Source: an uncultured Pirellulaceae bacterium
GTDB lineage: Bacteria > Planctomycetota > Planctomycetia > Pirellulales > Pirellulaceae
DNA: 17,487 bases
Assembly: GCA_964343305.1 (NCBI GenBank)
Contig: CAYFJO010000212.1
Coordinates: forward strand, 1 to 17,487
Direction: 5' to 3'
Shown piece after piece: positions 1 through 8,571 of the stretch. Under the pieces are notes generated by a model. That model made no database searches. It was not told the DNA's origin and saw only the letters and a list, made by a program, of their open reading frames with translations. Within the stretch, counting starts at the first letter, position 1, and each line of letters starts with the position of its first letter. The position numbers and the translations under genes were made by a program.

Positions 1-134
1 ACTCCTTTTCACAGAGAACATTACGTCGTGTGGACGGCGGTTCATGAATCATCCAGGCCGGCAATCGCCTGCACAAACGACGTTGAAGTCGATAGAATCA
101 GGGCCATCGGACACTGATCGAGAAAGGAATCCAC

Positions 135-3100
135 ATGACGGGCCAGCAGGCAATGGACGCTCTTGTCCATAAATTTCAAAAACTCACTCCCGCTGCAAAA
201 CATCTGCTCCAACTGTGCGCCGTCCACCACGAAGGCATCAATCGAACGGACTTGGTCAAGCTGTCGAACACCGTGGAATGGCGGGATCCAAACGGCAGGC
301 TGCTGGCCTATGCCGATGTCCGCAAGGATCTGAATGGATTGGTGAAAAACCAACTGCTGGTCAAATCCCATGGCGCGCGAATGGTCGTGAATCCGATCCT
401 GGCGGATTTCGCGGTCCAAGTGTCGATTCACCAAGGCGACTTCGACAAGTTCGCCGCGACGGTGCAATCGAAGAATCCACGTCACTCTTACTACTATGGC
501 TACGGTTATGGCAGCGGTCCGATTGACCCGCGGACCATGCGTGACTTGCGAATTGCGTTTTATCAGGGCGACACCGCGAAGTTCCGTGAACTTTGCACAT
601 ACAAAGACGTCACGCTGGTCAGCGACGAATACGCGATCAAGGTGCTCTCGCCGTTTAACAAAACAATATTCAACGGACTCGATCCCGCCTTTCAAGAGAG
701 ATACGTCCTGGAAACGCTACCGATCGCCATCGCGACGGGACAAGTCGACGCGTCCATTTTGACTACGCTGGACGAACACATCGCCGCGCAAAAGAATTTG
801 GCTCCCGAACTTGTACCGCATTTGATCGACTTGGCTGTCGCTCGAGGCGATCTCGCCGCGTTGCGACAACTCGACGAACGCACCGAAAGCGTATATACGG
901 AGATTACGGGTTGCGAAGCAATGCTGCGCGGCGAGTGGGACGCGGCGCTGGAATGTTTCGATTTGGCGCTGAAGCGCATCCGCGGAAAATCGCGCAAACG
1001 CAAAATCGCGGTTCGGCACCTCGCGGGCATCTTTCACGTCGCGCTGCTGTTGAAGCAAAACACGTCGTCCGCGCGCGGCAAGGCAACTCCGGCCGTAAAT
1101 TACATCGAAGAAGAATGGCCGATGTTTTATGCGTCGCCGGCGAATTCCCTGTCGCGGGCATTGGATTTGCAAGCTTGTCCCACCAGCGGCGCGCGAATGT
1201 ATCCCGTCGCGTTGCATCGCGATTGGTTTGGGCTTTGTCATATCATGGCTGGGATGGTCTGGCAATGGATGCAGCCGGAAGCACCACCGTCGATTCAAGC
1301 CGAACCACTCGAACGAGCACATGCGGTGTACGAAAAGCTTGGTATGCATTGGCTCGAAGCCGAGTCGGCAGCGTTGCTGGGACGGTTGGCCATCAAAGAA
1401 AATGAAGGGTTCACGGAAAAATCCAAGGCACTGCACGACCGGCTGCAAACCGTCAGCATCGTGAACCTGCTGCAACCGCAACCCGCCTGGCAACGATCGC
1501 TCGACGCCATGCGGCAACTGGGCGGCGGTACGAAGTCGACCGACTCCGCCGACGAGTCGGGGCCGGATGAACGCATCATTTGGGATCTCTACCACGACGT
1601 AGAACGCAACGAGCTCTCGCTGAAGCCGATCATCCAGAAGCGGAAAAAGAAGGGCTGGACATCCGGACGCAGCGTGGCGCTCAAGCGGCTCCATTCGTCC
1701 TACAACGACAGCAACCAGTTTCCCTATTTGACGGACGAAGATCGGGCGATTTGTGGAACGTTGAAACAGTACTCCACACAGGGTGGTTGGGGCGGCTATC
1801 GTGAATACTATTTTGAGTTCCATCCCGGCCAAGCGGCCCAAGCCATGGTTGGGCACCCGCGGGTCTTTCGCCGCGGCAATCGGACGCAACCGATGGAAAT
1901 CGTGCGGCGCGAGCCCCAACTGCTTGTGACACGCACCAAGAAGGGCATCAAGGTAGCCATGGAGCCCCGGCCATTGGGCGACGACACGTTTACGATGATC
2001 GAAGAAGGCCCCGCGCGGTTGGCATTTATTTTCTTTACCGCCAAGCACCGCGACCTGAGTGCCATCGTGGGAAACGGCTTGAACGTGCCAAAATCGGGCG
2101 AAGAAGAAGTGTTGGCCACGCTACAATCCGTCGCTTCCCTGGTGACGATTCATTCCGATGTCGGTGGTGTCACGGCGTCAGGCGAAGCGGTCGAAGCGGA
2201 TCCACTCCCGCATTTGCATCTGTCGCCGTTCGAACAAGGCTTGCGCGCGGAGTTCTTTGTGCAACCGTTTGGTAACGCGGGACCGTTGTACCGGCCCGGC
2301 GCTGGCGGAACCAACGTATTCGCCGACGTCGACGGAGAGCCCAAATCGACACAGCGCAAATTGAAAGACGAAACCAAACGGGCAAGCGACGTCATCGCTG
2401 CCTGCCCGAACCTGTCTGGAGTAGGACGGATTTCCAATCCGTCCGCGCCCGATGTCGGCGGATCGGACGGATTGGCAATCCGTCCTACGGAAGATTTCAC
2501 GTTCCCCGAAGCCATCGACGCTTTGGAGTTGATGGTCCAGTTGCAACCGCTGGTCGACAACAAACAAGTCCAGATTCATTGGCCGAAAGGCAAAGCGTTG
2601 CGGATCGCCGGCCAGGCCGATGCGTCGCAGTTGAAAATCAATATCCGCCGCGACCGGGATTGGTTCGCCGCGTCTGGAGGTCTCCAAGTGGATGACGACC
2701 TAACGCTAGACATGATGAAGCTGATCGAGCTGGTCGGAGCGAGCCCGACGCGTTTCGTGCAATTGGACGACGGGCGTTTTCTGGCGCTGACGGACAAGTT
2801 TCGCCAGCGGATCGAGGAAATCGCGGCATTCTCCGAGATTCGCAAAAACAAGGTTCGATTCCCTGCCGTTCGCGCGGCCGCACTCGAAGGTGTCGAGGAC
2901 GAGTTTGCGATCAAGGCCGACAAACATTGGAAAGAGTGTGTGCAGCGGATGCGCGAAGCCACGTCGCTCGTGCCGAAGGTTCCCACGACGTTTCAAGGCG
3001 AGATGCGCGACTACCAATGCGAGGGCTACGACTGGCTCGTGCGGCTGGCACATTGGGGTGTCGGAGCGTGCCTGGCCGACGACATGGGCCTGGGCAAAAC

Positions 3101-4370
3101 GATCCAAGCGATCGCGCTGCTATTGGAACGAGCCAGCGATGGACCGGCATTGGTCGTCGCACCAACGTCCGTCGCGATGAACTGGCAAAACGAACTGCAT
3201 CGATTCGCGCCAACGTTGAATCCAAAGTTGTTCGGCGCGGGCGATCGTGAAGCGTTTCTGCAAGACCTCGGACCGCGCGATGTCGTCATCACCAGTTATG
3301 GGCTGCTGTACAACGAAGCCGAGCGATTTCAACAAGTGCAATTCAACACCGCGATCCTGGACGAAGCTCAAGCGATCAAGAACACCGCCACCAAACGGTC
3401 ACAGGCCGCCATGAAACTGGACGCCGGTTTCCGCATGATCATGACCGGCACGCCCCTGGAAAACCACCTTGGCGAGTTGTGGAACCTGTTTCAGTTCATC
3501 AATTCCGGCTTGCTGGGTTCGCTGGAGAGTTTCAACGAACGATTCGCAACGCCCATCGAGCGCGACAAAGATCGCGGTGCCCGGCAACGTCTGAAGAAGT
3601 TGATTCAACCGTTCATCTTGCGGCGAACGAAAACACAAGTGCTGGACGAACTCCCGTCGCGGACCGAAGTCACGCGGTACGTGGACCTCAGTTCGGAAGA
3701 AGCCGCGTTCTACGAAGCGATGCGCCAAACGGCCGTCCAAAAGCTGGCCGAGTCGGCCGACCAGCAGCAGTCGCAACACTTGCGCATCCTGGCGGAAATC
3801 ATGCGGTTGCGTCGAGCCTGCTGCCACTCGCGATTGGTGATGGAAAAGAGCGAGCTTGCCAGTTCCAAGCTAGCACTGTTTTCAGAGACCATCGACGAGT
3901 TGCTCGAAAATCGGCACAAGGCATTGGTCTTCAGCCAGTTCGTCGATCACCTGGCAATCCTTCGCGGCGAACTCGATCGAAAAGGCGTCGCCTACCAATA
4001 CCTGGACGGCAGCACGCCGATGAAAGAACGCCAGAAGCGCGTCGACGCATTTCAATCCGGCGAAGGCGACGTGTTCCTGATCAGTCTCAAAGCGGGCGGC
4101 ACCGGATTGAATCTGACGGCAGCCGACTATGTGTTGCACATGGATCCTTGGTGGAACCCGGCGGTCGAAGACCAGGCATCGGACCGCGCCCATCGCCTGG
4201 GCCAACAACGCCCGGTCACCATCTACCGCTTCGTCACACGCGGCACGATCGAAGAGCAAATCGTCGACCTTCACGCCAACAAGCGAGACCTGGCCGACAG
4301 CTTGTTGGAAGGCGCCGACCTGACGGGCAAACTTTCCGCCAAAGCCCTGTTGAAGTTGATTCAGCAATAA
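135..4370 (+). CDS. SNF2/RapA-family ATP-dependent helicase with a ~950-aa uncharacterised N-terminal extension (1411 aa).
   Basis: Uninterrupted 1411-aa ORF. The C-terminal ~450 aa carry the SNF2 motifs: Walker A 'LADDMGLGKTIQAIALL', DEAQ box 'ILDEAQAIKN', and helicase-C motifs 'LISLKAGGTGLNLTAADYV' and 'QASDRAHRLGQQRPVTIYRF'. The N-terminal ~950 aa are helical, TPR-like, with low-complexity stretches 'YYYGYGYGSGP' and 'KRKKKGW' and no recognisable catalytic motif. An AAAGGA Shine-Dalgarno-like sequence lies just upstream of the ATG at 135. Confidence 0.85.
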   Translation: MTGQQAMDALVHKFQKLTPAAKHLLQLCAVHHEGINRTDLVKLSNTVEWRDPNGRLLAYADVRKDLNGLVKNQLLVKSHGARMVVNPILADFAVQVSIHQGDFDKFAATVQSKNPRHSYYYGYGYGSGPIDPRTMRDLRIAFYQGDTAKFRELCTYKDVTLVSDEYAIKVLSPFNKTIFNGLDPAFQERYVLETLPIAIATGQVDASILTTLDEHIAAQKNLAPELVPHLIDLAVARGDLAALRQLDERTESVYTEITGCEAMLRGEWDAALECFDLALKRIRGKSRKRKIAVRHLAGIFHVALLLKQNTSSARGKATPAVNYIEEEWPMFYASPANSLSRALDLQACPTSGARMYPVALHRDWFGLCHIMAGMVWQWMQPEAPPSIQAEPLERAHAVYEKLGMHWLEAESAALLGRLAIKENEGFTEKSKALHDRLQTVSIVNLLQPQPAWQRSLDAMRQLGGGTKSTDSADESGPDERIIWDLYHDVERNELSLKPIIQKRKKKGWTSGRSVALKRLHSSYNDSNQFPYLTDEDRAICGTLKQYSTQGGWGGYREYYFEFHPGQAAQAMVGHPRVFRRGNRTQPMEIVRREPQLLVTRTKKGIKVAMEPRPLGDDTFTMIEEGPARLAFIFFTAKHRDLSAIVGNGLNVPKSGEEEVLATLQSVASLVTIHSDVGGVTASGEAVEADPLPHLHLSPFEQGLRAEFFVQPFGNAGPLYRPGAGGTNVFADVDGEPKSTQRKLKDETKRASDVIAACPNLSGVGRISNPSAPDVGGSDGLAIRPTEDFTFPEAIDALELMVQLQPLVDNKQVQIHWPKGKALRIAGQADASQLKINIRRDRDWFAASGGLQVDDDLTLDMMKLIELVGASPTRFVQLDDGRFLALTDKFRQRIEEIAAFSEIRKNKVRFPAVRAAALEGVEDEFAIKADKHWKECVQRMREATSLVPKVPTTFQGEMRDYQCEGYDWLVRLAHWGVGACLADDMGLGKTIQAIALLLERASDGPALVVAPTSVAMNWQNELHRFAPTLNPKLFGAGDREAFLQDLGPRDVVITSYGLLYNEAERFQQVQFNTAILDEAQAIKNTATKRSQAAMKLDAGFRMIMTGTPLENHLGELWNLFQFINSGLLGSLESFNERFATPIERDKDRGARQRLKKLIQPFILRRTKTQVLDELPSRTEVTRYVDLSSEEAAFYEAMRQTAVQKLAESADQQQSQHLRILAEIMRLRRACCHSRLVMEKSELASSKLALFSETIDELLENRHKALVFSQFVDHLAILRGELDRKGVAYQYLDGSTPMKERQKRVDAFQSGEGDVFLISLKAGGTGLNLTAADYVLHMDPWWNPAVEDQASDRAHRLGQQRPVTIYRFVTRGTIEEQIVDLHANKRDLADSLLEGADLTGKLSAKALLKLIQQ
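2421..2488. repeat. Compound palindromic element embedded in-frame in the helicase CDS.
   Basis: Left arm GTAGGACGGATTTCCAATCCGTCC (2421-2444) and right arm GGACGGATTGGCAATCCGTCCTAC (2465-2488) are reverse complements at 23/24 positions. Each arm is itself a 9-bp-stem hairpin (GGACGGATT-N3-AATCCGTCC). The arms are separated by a 20-bp spacer. The segment is in-frame and encodes ...GVGRISNPSAPDVGGSDGLAIRPTE... Confidence 0.6.
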
Positions 4371-4381
4371 ACGAAGAGTGT

Positions 4382-4405
4382 GCGCGGATGGATCTCGCGC
4401 GGTTT
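4382..4405. terminator. Possible bidirectional terminator hairpin between the convergent helicase and nucleotidyltransferase genes.
   Basis: GCGCG-N9-CGCGC GC-only stem (4382-4400) followed by GGTTT, 12 bp after the helicase TAA stop. The T-tract is short. Confidence 0.3.
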
Positions 4406-4418
4406 AGCCGCGGGTCCG

Positions 4419-5009
4419 CTAACCATCAGGATTGTCGAGCAATTCCTGGAGTCGCTCGGACAGTTCAGACGAGAATCGTCCAGGCCAAGCGGAGTCGATT
4501 AAGCCGACATCGATCATGTCGCGCAAGTGAGTCCGGTCCTTGTCACGCCACGAATTCAGCTTCATTTCCACGAGTGACTGAAGATCGATCACTTGAAATT
4601 CGTTCCCGCGCTCGGATTGCGTCACATCCGGAGTCGGTGAAGCATAATGCTCTTTCACCTTTTCGCCAGCCATGAGCAGGTGGACCGCATCGCGCACTTT
4701 CGCATCGGGTCCATCGAGAAAGAACTCAACATCTGTCGTTTTTCCGTGAACGAACCCCGCGCCTTCCAAAGCCGCTTTGACACGATCCAAGTCGCTACGA
4801 CGGATGAGAATATCGACGTCTTGCGTATTCCGCACCGCGGCCTCATCCACGCGCGACACCCAGGCCGCGACCGCATTGCCACCAATCACGGCATAAGGAA
4901 TCCCGGACTTCTCCAAAGCCGCTGTTGAACGAAGCAAACGTTGGCGGACTTTCTCCACGGCACGCACCATTCGATCCAAGGAAACGGGTTTAAAAATCAA
5001 TTCGCTCAT
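4419..5009 (-). CDS. Nucleotidyltransferase-fold protein (Pol-beta-like minimal NTase; possibly AbiEii/DUF-type), 196 aa.
   Basis: Motif 'IPYAVIGGNAVAAWVSRVDEAAVRNTQDVDILI' fits the GG...D.D minimal nucleotidyltransferase signature. Clean ORF, convergent with the helicase gene. Confidence 0.55.
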   Translation of the reverse strand: MSELIFKPVSLDRMVRAVEKVRQRLLRSTAALEKSGIPYAVIGGNAVAAWVSRVDEAAVRNTQDVDILIRRSDLDRVKAALEGAGFVHGKTTDVEFFLDGPDAKVRDAVHLLMAGEKVKEHYASPTPDVTQSERGNEFQVIDLQSLVEMKLNSWRDKDRTHLRDMIDVGLIDSAWPGRFSSELSERLQELLDNPDG

Positions 5010-5229
5010 ACAGCCAGAATACCATGATTGCGCGGTGGGCGGCTACCTACGACTCCGGCAGTGTTTCAGATCATCCCAATTTCAGTAGTTGAAGTTCGGC
5101 TCGTAGCAGAAGTCGTGAAACTTCGGAACCATTTATCAGGGCAAGACCAAGACGTTGGTGTTCGGTGACTACGCCGATGGCCAGCGGCGGGCCACCGCCT
5201 GTGAAAATAGCCGTTCTACATAAGAACAA

Positions 5230-6090
5230 TTAGCGCCGACGTCGTCCAAATCGCCGATAGCGTCTGGGAGTCTGCTTTGCCTCGGCCGCCTTTTTGTCTT
5301 CCGATTCGCTCGTCGCTTCTTTCGAGGCCGTGGCCGAATTCGAAACCGCTGGCGTGCCGATCGCTTTGTCCACCTGCTTCAGCACTAATCGGAATGCTTG
5401 CTTGAACTCGGTTTGCTTGTTTGCGTCCGAGCCGCCGCCCAACGCGATTGCGAATGCCTCGGCAAATGTTTCTTGCCGGCCGGCCGTCGACTTTTGCAGG
5501 TAATAGGAAAGCTCCTCGCGGGTCCGCAGCGACATGCGGCGGACGTCCCAGCGATAGGCGTTTTGAAACGCGGGACTCGACGAATAAAACCGATACTTGC
5601 CGCGCATCACCATGTCGAAAGCATGGCCAACCTCGTGCCGAATGACGCCGGCCACGCGCGTGCAACTAATCTCGTCGCCGTCGCGGTTTCGCATCTTTTC
5701 GGGAAACACCAGCCGGCGTTCGCCAGGAAGATTAACACCGTCGACGTTTTCCCATGTCATCCATTCCGGCCAACCACGCGGGTGATTGTCGCGGATGTGT
5801 GGTACCGCGTCCGTCAAAAATTCGGCGAGTTCAATTCTCCAATCTGCCTTGTCCAACCGCTGCCAAACCGAATTGGGGATCGATGCCGCCGCCGCTTCCA
5901 CAGAACTGGTGAATTCGACGCTGACCGGCGTCGCGTGGACAAATCGATCGTTTGTCGAAATCATTTGCACATGGTCGCTCGACGCATCGTCTTCGTCAGC
6001 AAGCGAAACGCTGGCCCAGAATACGACCGCCAACGCCACCACGACGACGCAAGGTTTAGAACTTCGATCCGACCCAATCGCAAACATCAT
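5230..6090 (-). CDS. Secreted HExxH zinc metallopeptidase (zincin; motif resembles the M34/ATLF-like HEFGHA), 286 aa.
   Basis: N-terminal signal peptide 'MMFAIGSDRSSKPCVVVVALAVVFWASVSLA|DE'. Zinc-binding motif 'VIRHEVGHAFD'. Arg-rich C-terminus 'RRYRRFGRRRR'. Confidence 0.6.
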   Translation of the reverse strand: MMFAIGSDRSSKPCVVVVALAVVFWASVSLADEDDASSDHVQMISTNDRFVHATPVSVEFTSSVEAAAASIPNSVWQRLDKADWRIELAEFLTDAVPHIRDNHPRGWPEWMTWENVDGVNLPGERRLVFPEKMRNRDGDEISCTRVAGVIRHEVGHAFDMVMRGKYRFYSSSPAFQNAYRWDVRRMSLRTREELSYYLQKSTAGRQETFAEAFAIALGGGSDANKQTEFKQAFRLVLKQVDKAIGTPAVSNSATASKEATSESEDKKAAEAKQTPRRYRRFGRRRR

Positions 6091-6260
6091 GGTAAAGTTT
6101 AGCAGACGAAAATCGGGGGCTAACTGTATTTGAGAGTTAGATTTACGTTGATTGTTCGCAACGTGTTGATCTCGCGAAACACGGCGTTCACATATTGCAA
6201 CACATGCGTCCCATCTCCAGATAAAAGGATAGCGGTGACGACACGCCGCACTCCAAACAA

Positions 6261-7484
6261 ATGACCACAGAAACTCTGCAACCTAGTTCGTCCGTCGCTT
6301 CTGAAAACACGAATTCGACGATCCATCAAACTCCGCAAAAACTGACCCGCGTGATGCACGTCATCAACGGCGAGCATTATTCGGGTGCGGAACGCGTGCA
6401 AGACTTGCTGGCCATGTGCCTGCCCGCCGAAGGATTTGAAGTTGGATTTTGCTGCATCAAACGCGGCCGCTTCGAAGAGACGCGTGTGTCGCAGAATGCT
6501 CGCCTCTATTCGCTGCCGCAATGGTCAAAGTTTGACCTTCGCGTCGCTTGGCGTTTGGCCAAGATCATTCGCCGGGAAGATTACCAATTGGTCCACGCGC
6601 ACACGCCGCGATCGGCATTGGTGGCGAGCATTGCGTCGCGTCTCACGAGACGTCCGCTCGTCTATCACGTACACAGCCCAACGTCGCGCGATTCGACGCG
6701 TTGGTTGCACAACAAGCTGAACACGCTGGCTGAGAACTGGGGCATCAAGCGAGCGTCGCGGTTGATCACGGTTTCGTCCAGCCTGCGGCGACACATGCAA
6801 TCGCAAGGCGTCGCGCCCGACCGGATCACGGTCGTCCCCAACGGCGTGCCCGCAACATCGAAGCGTCGTGGCGAGCAATTGCCTGGCACGACCTGGACGC
6901 TCGGCACGGTCGCCTTGTTTCGGCCTCGCAAAGGCACCGAAGTCTTGCTGGACACGGTGGGAATTCTGCGCCAGCAAGGTCACGATGTGCGGCTGCGAGC
7001 GGTTGGTCCCTTCGAAACAACCGAGTACGAAGCGGGACTCAAACAACAAGCCGCGACACTCGGCATCGAAGACGCGATTGATTGGACGGGTTTTACGACC
7101 GACGTGAATGCCGAACTGCAAAAAATGGATTTGTTTGTGTTGCCCAGTTTGTTTGGCGAAGGCTTGCCAATGGTTGTTCTCGAAGCGATGGCCGCCGGCG
7201 TTCCGGTCGTGGGCACGGACGTCGAAGGTGTTCCCGAGGCGATTCGGGACCACGTGGATGGCATGATCGCTCAGGCCCACGATCCGCAAGATCTCGCGCG
7301 TGCCATTGCCGAGGTGATCGGCGACCAAGTCGACTGGTCATCTCTGCGCGAGAGCGCGATCGATCGACATGCGGAATGTTTCTCGGATCAAAGCATGGCC
7401 AAGGGCGTGGCGGAAGTCTATCGTTCGATTCTGAATCGTGAGCCGAAGGCGCTAGCCTCGGATGATTCGATGCGAAACATTTAG
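6261..7484 (+). CDS. Glycosyltransferase family 4 (GT-B, group 1).
   Basis: C-terminal GT4 signature 'FGEGLPMVVLEAMAAGVPVVGTDVEGVPEAI'. N-terminal 'MHVINGEHYSGAERV' resembles GT4 N-termini. The true start may be the ATG at 6354 (MHVING...) rather than 6261. Confidence 0.85.
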   Translation: MTTETLQPSSSVASENTNSTIHQTPQKLTRVMHVINGEHYSGAERVQDLLAMCLPAEGFEVGFCCIKRGRFEETRVSQNARLYSLPQWSKFDLRVAWRLAKIIRREDYQLVHAHTPRSALVASIASRLTRRPLVYHVHSPTSRDSTRWLHNKLNTLAENWGIKRASRLITVSSSLRRHMQSQGVAPDRITVVPNGVPATSKRRGEQLPGTTWTLGTVALFRPRKGTEVLLDTVGILRQQGHDVRLRAVGPFETTEYEAGLKQQAATLGIEDAIDWTGFTTDVNAELQKMDLFVLPSLFGEGLPMVVLEAMAAGVPVVGTDVEGVPEAIRDHVDGMIAQAHDPQDLARAIAEVIGDQVDWSSLRESAIDRHAECFSDQSMAKGVAEVYRSILNREPKALASDDSMRNI

Positions 7485-7514
7485 TTTAACCCGCGGCTAG
7501 CGCCGGCTAGCGCC
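7448..7514. repeat. GCTAGC-containing inverted repeat spanning the GT4 stop codon.
   Basis: GGCGCTAGCC (7448-7457, inside the CDS end) is the exact reverse complement of GGCTAGCGCC, which occurs twice in tandem at 7495-7504 and 7505-7514. Confidence 0.4.
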
Positions 7515-7577
7515 GTCGGCTCAGTGAGCGCCCGTCCCGTGTTCGACGATGATGAACTTCGTTAAGCTGCGAAGGTC

Positions 7578-8519
7578 ATGGGAAAGAACGTCGACCCGAT
7601 CCAACCGCTTGCGGCGAATCAACCGCTGGGGCTTGTTTCCATTCTGCTGGTTTTGTTGACGGCTGCGCTGTGGGGTGGTACGCCGGTTGCGATCCGGTTC
7701 AGCGAGCCGTCGTTTCCACCCGTCATGCTTGCGGCCATTCGATTTGCATTGGCCGCCGTGTTCATGGTTTTCTGGTGTCGTTTGGCGGGCACTTCCCTGC
7801 AAGTCCGACGCGGACAATGGTTGCCGATTCTGATCGCCGGATTGCTACTGTTTCCACAGATCACGTTGTTCAACATCGGCGTGTATTTGTCGAACGCCTC
7901 GCATGGTTCGACGCAGATCAACACGTTCGTTTTTTGGGTGGTCGCGATCGAACACTTCATCACGCGAACCGATCGTTTGAACTCGCGCCGAGTCGTCGGG
8001 CTCGTCGTGGCATTCGTTGGTGCATTGCTGATTCTGTTTGATGCCAAGGGCGAAGCAACGACGGAGCAAGTCGAATCGCCGACCATGCTGGGCGACGCGT
8101 TCTTGCTGGCCAGCGCGCTGGTGCTGGCGATCAAAATCGTGGTCGTCAAACAAGCGGTGAAAACGGTCGAACCTGGCAAACTGATCTTCTGGCACGGAGT
8201 GATCGGTGTTTTGCTGTTCACGGCTTACAGCTTGTCGAGTGAGCAGTTTCAAATCGAAAAGGTGACAACGCCGGCAGTTATTTCGGTCATCTACCAGGGT
8301 TTGCTCGTGGCCGGCCTGTGTTTTGTGATTCAGGCGATGTTGCTGCGAAAACATTCCGCCACGCAAATCTCGGTCTTCAGTTTTACGACGCCGTTGTTTG
8401 GTGTCTTGTTCGCGGTCCTCATGCGCGGCGATCGGTTGTCGCCGTGGTTCGTGATCGCCGCGATGTTCGTGGCCGTTGGAATCCTGTTGGTCAATCTGAA
8501 GGAAAGAAATGGAGATTAG
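7578..8519 (+). CDS. EamA/DMT-family (drug/metabolite transporter) permease, ~10 TM helices.
   Basis: 313-aa polytopic hydrophobic protein. Contains an 'ALWGGTPVAIRF' EamA-like segment and a duplicated 5-TM architecture. GAAGG ribosome-binding site 3 nt upstream of the ATG. Confidence 0.75.
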   Translation: MGKNVDPIQPLAANQPLGLVSILLVLLTAALWGGTPVAIRFSEPSFPPVMLAAIRFALAAVFMVFWCRLAGTSLQVRRGQWLPILIAGLLLFPQITLFNIGVYLSNASHGSTQINTFVFWVVAIEHFITRTDRLNSRRVVGLVVAFVGALLILFDAKGEATTEQVESPTMLGDAFLLASALVLAIKIVVVKQAVKTVEPGKLIFWHGVIGVLLFTAYSLSSEQFQIEKVTTPAVISVIYQGLLVAGLCFVIQAMLLRKHSATQISVFSFTTPLFGVLFAVLMRGDRLSPWFVIAAMFVAVGILLVNLKERNGD

Positions 8520-8571
8520 TTCAAGTTGCGTGGCGCGTGGCATCATTCGCTAGCGGCTATACTGAGCAGGC

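Noticed and set aside
42-695. 217-aa minus-strand ORF overlapping the start of the helicase gene.
   Set aside because: No domain signals. It overlaps a confidently coding plus-strand region and is most likely a high-GC artefact.
717-2048. 443-aa minus-strand ORF antisense to the helicase N-terminal region.
   Set aside because: It lies fully inside the well-supported 1411-aa helicase ORF. Its Arg/Leu/Gln-rich composition is typical of spurious antisense frames in high-GC DNA. It has no motifs.
3479-4675. 398-aa plus-strand ORF overlapping the helicase C-terminal domain in another frame.
   Set aside because: Extremely Arg/Pro-rich low-complexity translation ('RRRRLPIPGRQHADERTPEARRRISIRRRRR'). 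It overlaps the conserved SNF2 helicase-C motifs in the true frame.
5185-5200. GC hairpin GGCGG-GCCA-CCGCC downstream of the metallopeptidase gene.
   Set aside because: The stem is short at 5 bp and no T-tract follows on either strand. This is not convincing as an intrinsic terminator.
6103-6260. Small dyads (CGTGTT-N10-AACACG, repeated TTGCAAC) in the peptidase/GT4 divergent promoter region.
   Set aside because: The repeats are short at 6 bp and imperfect, within expectation for a 160-bp region. They do not support a specific call without a search.
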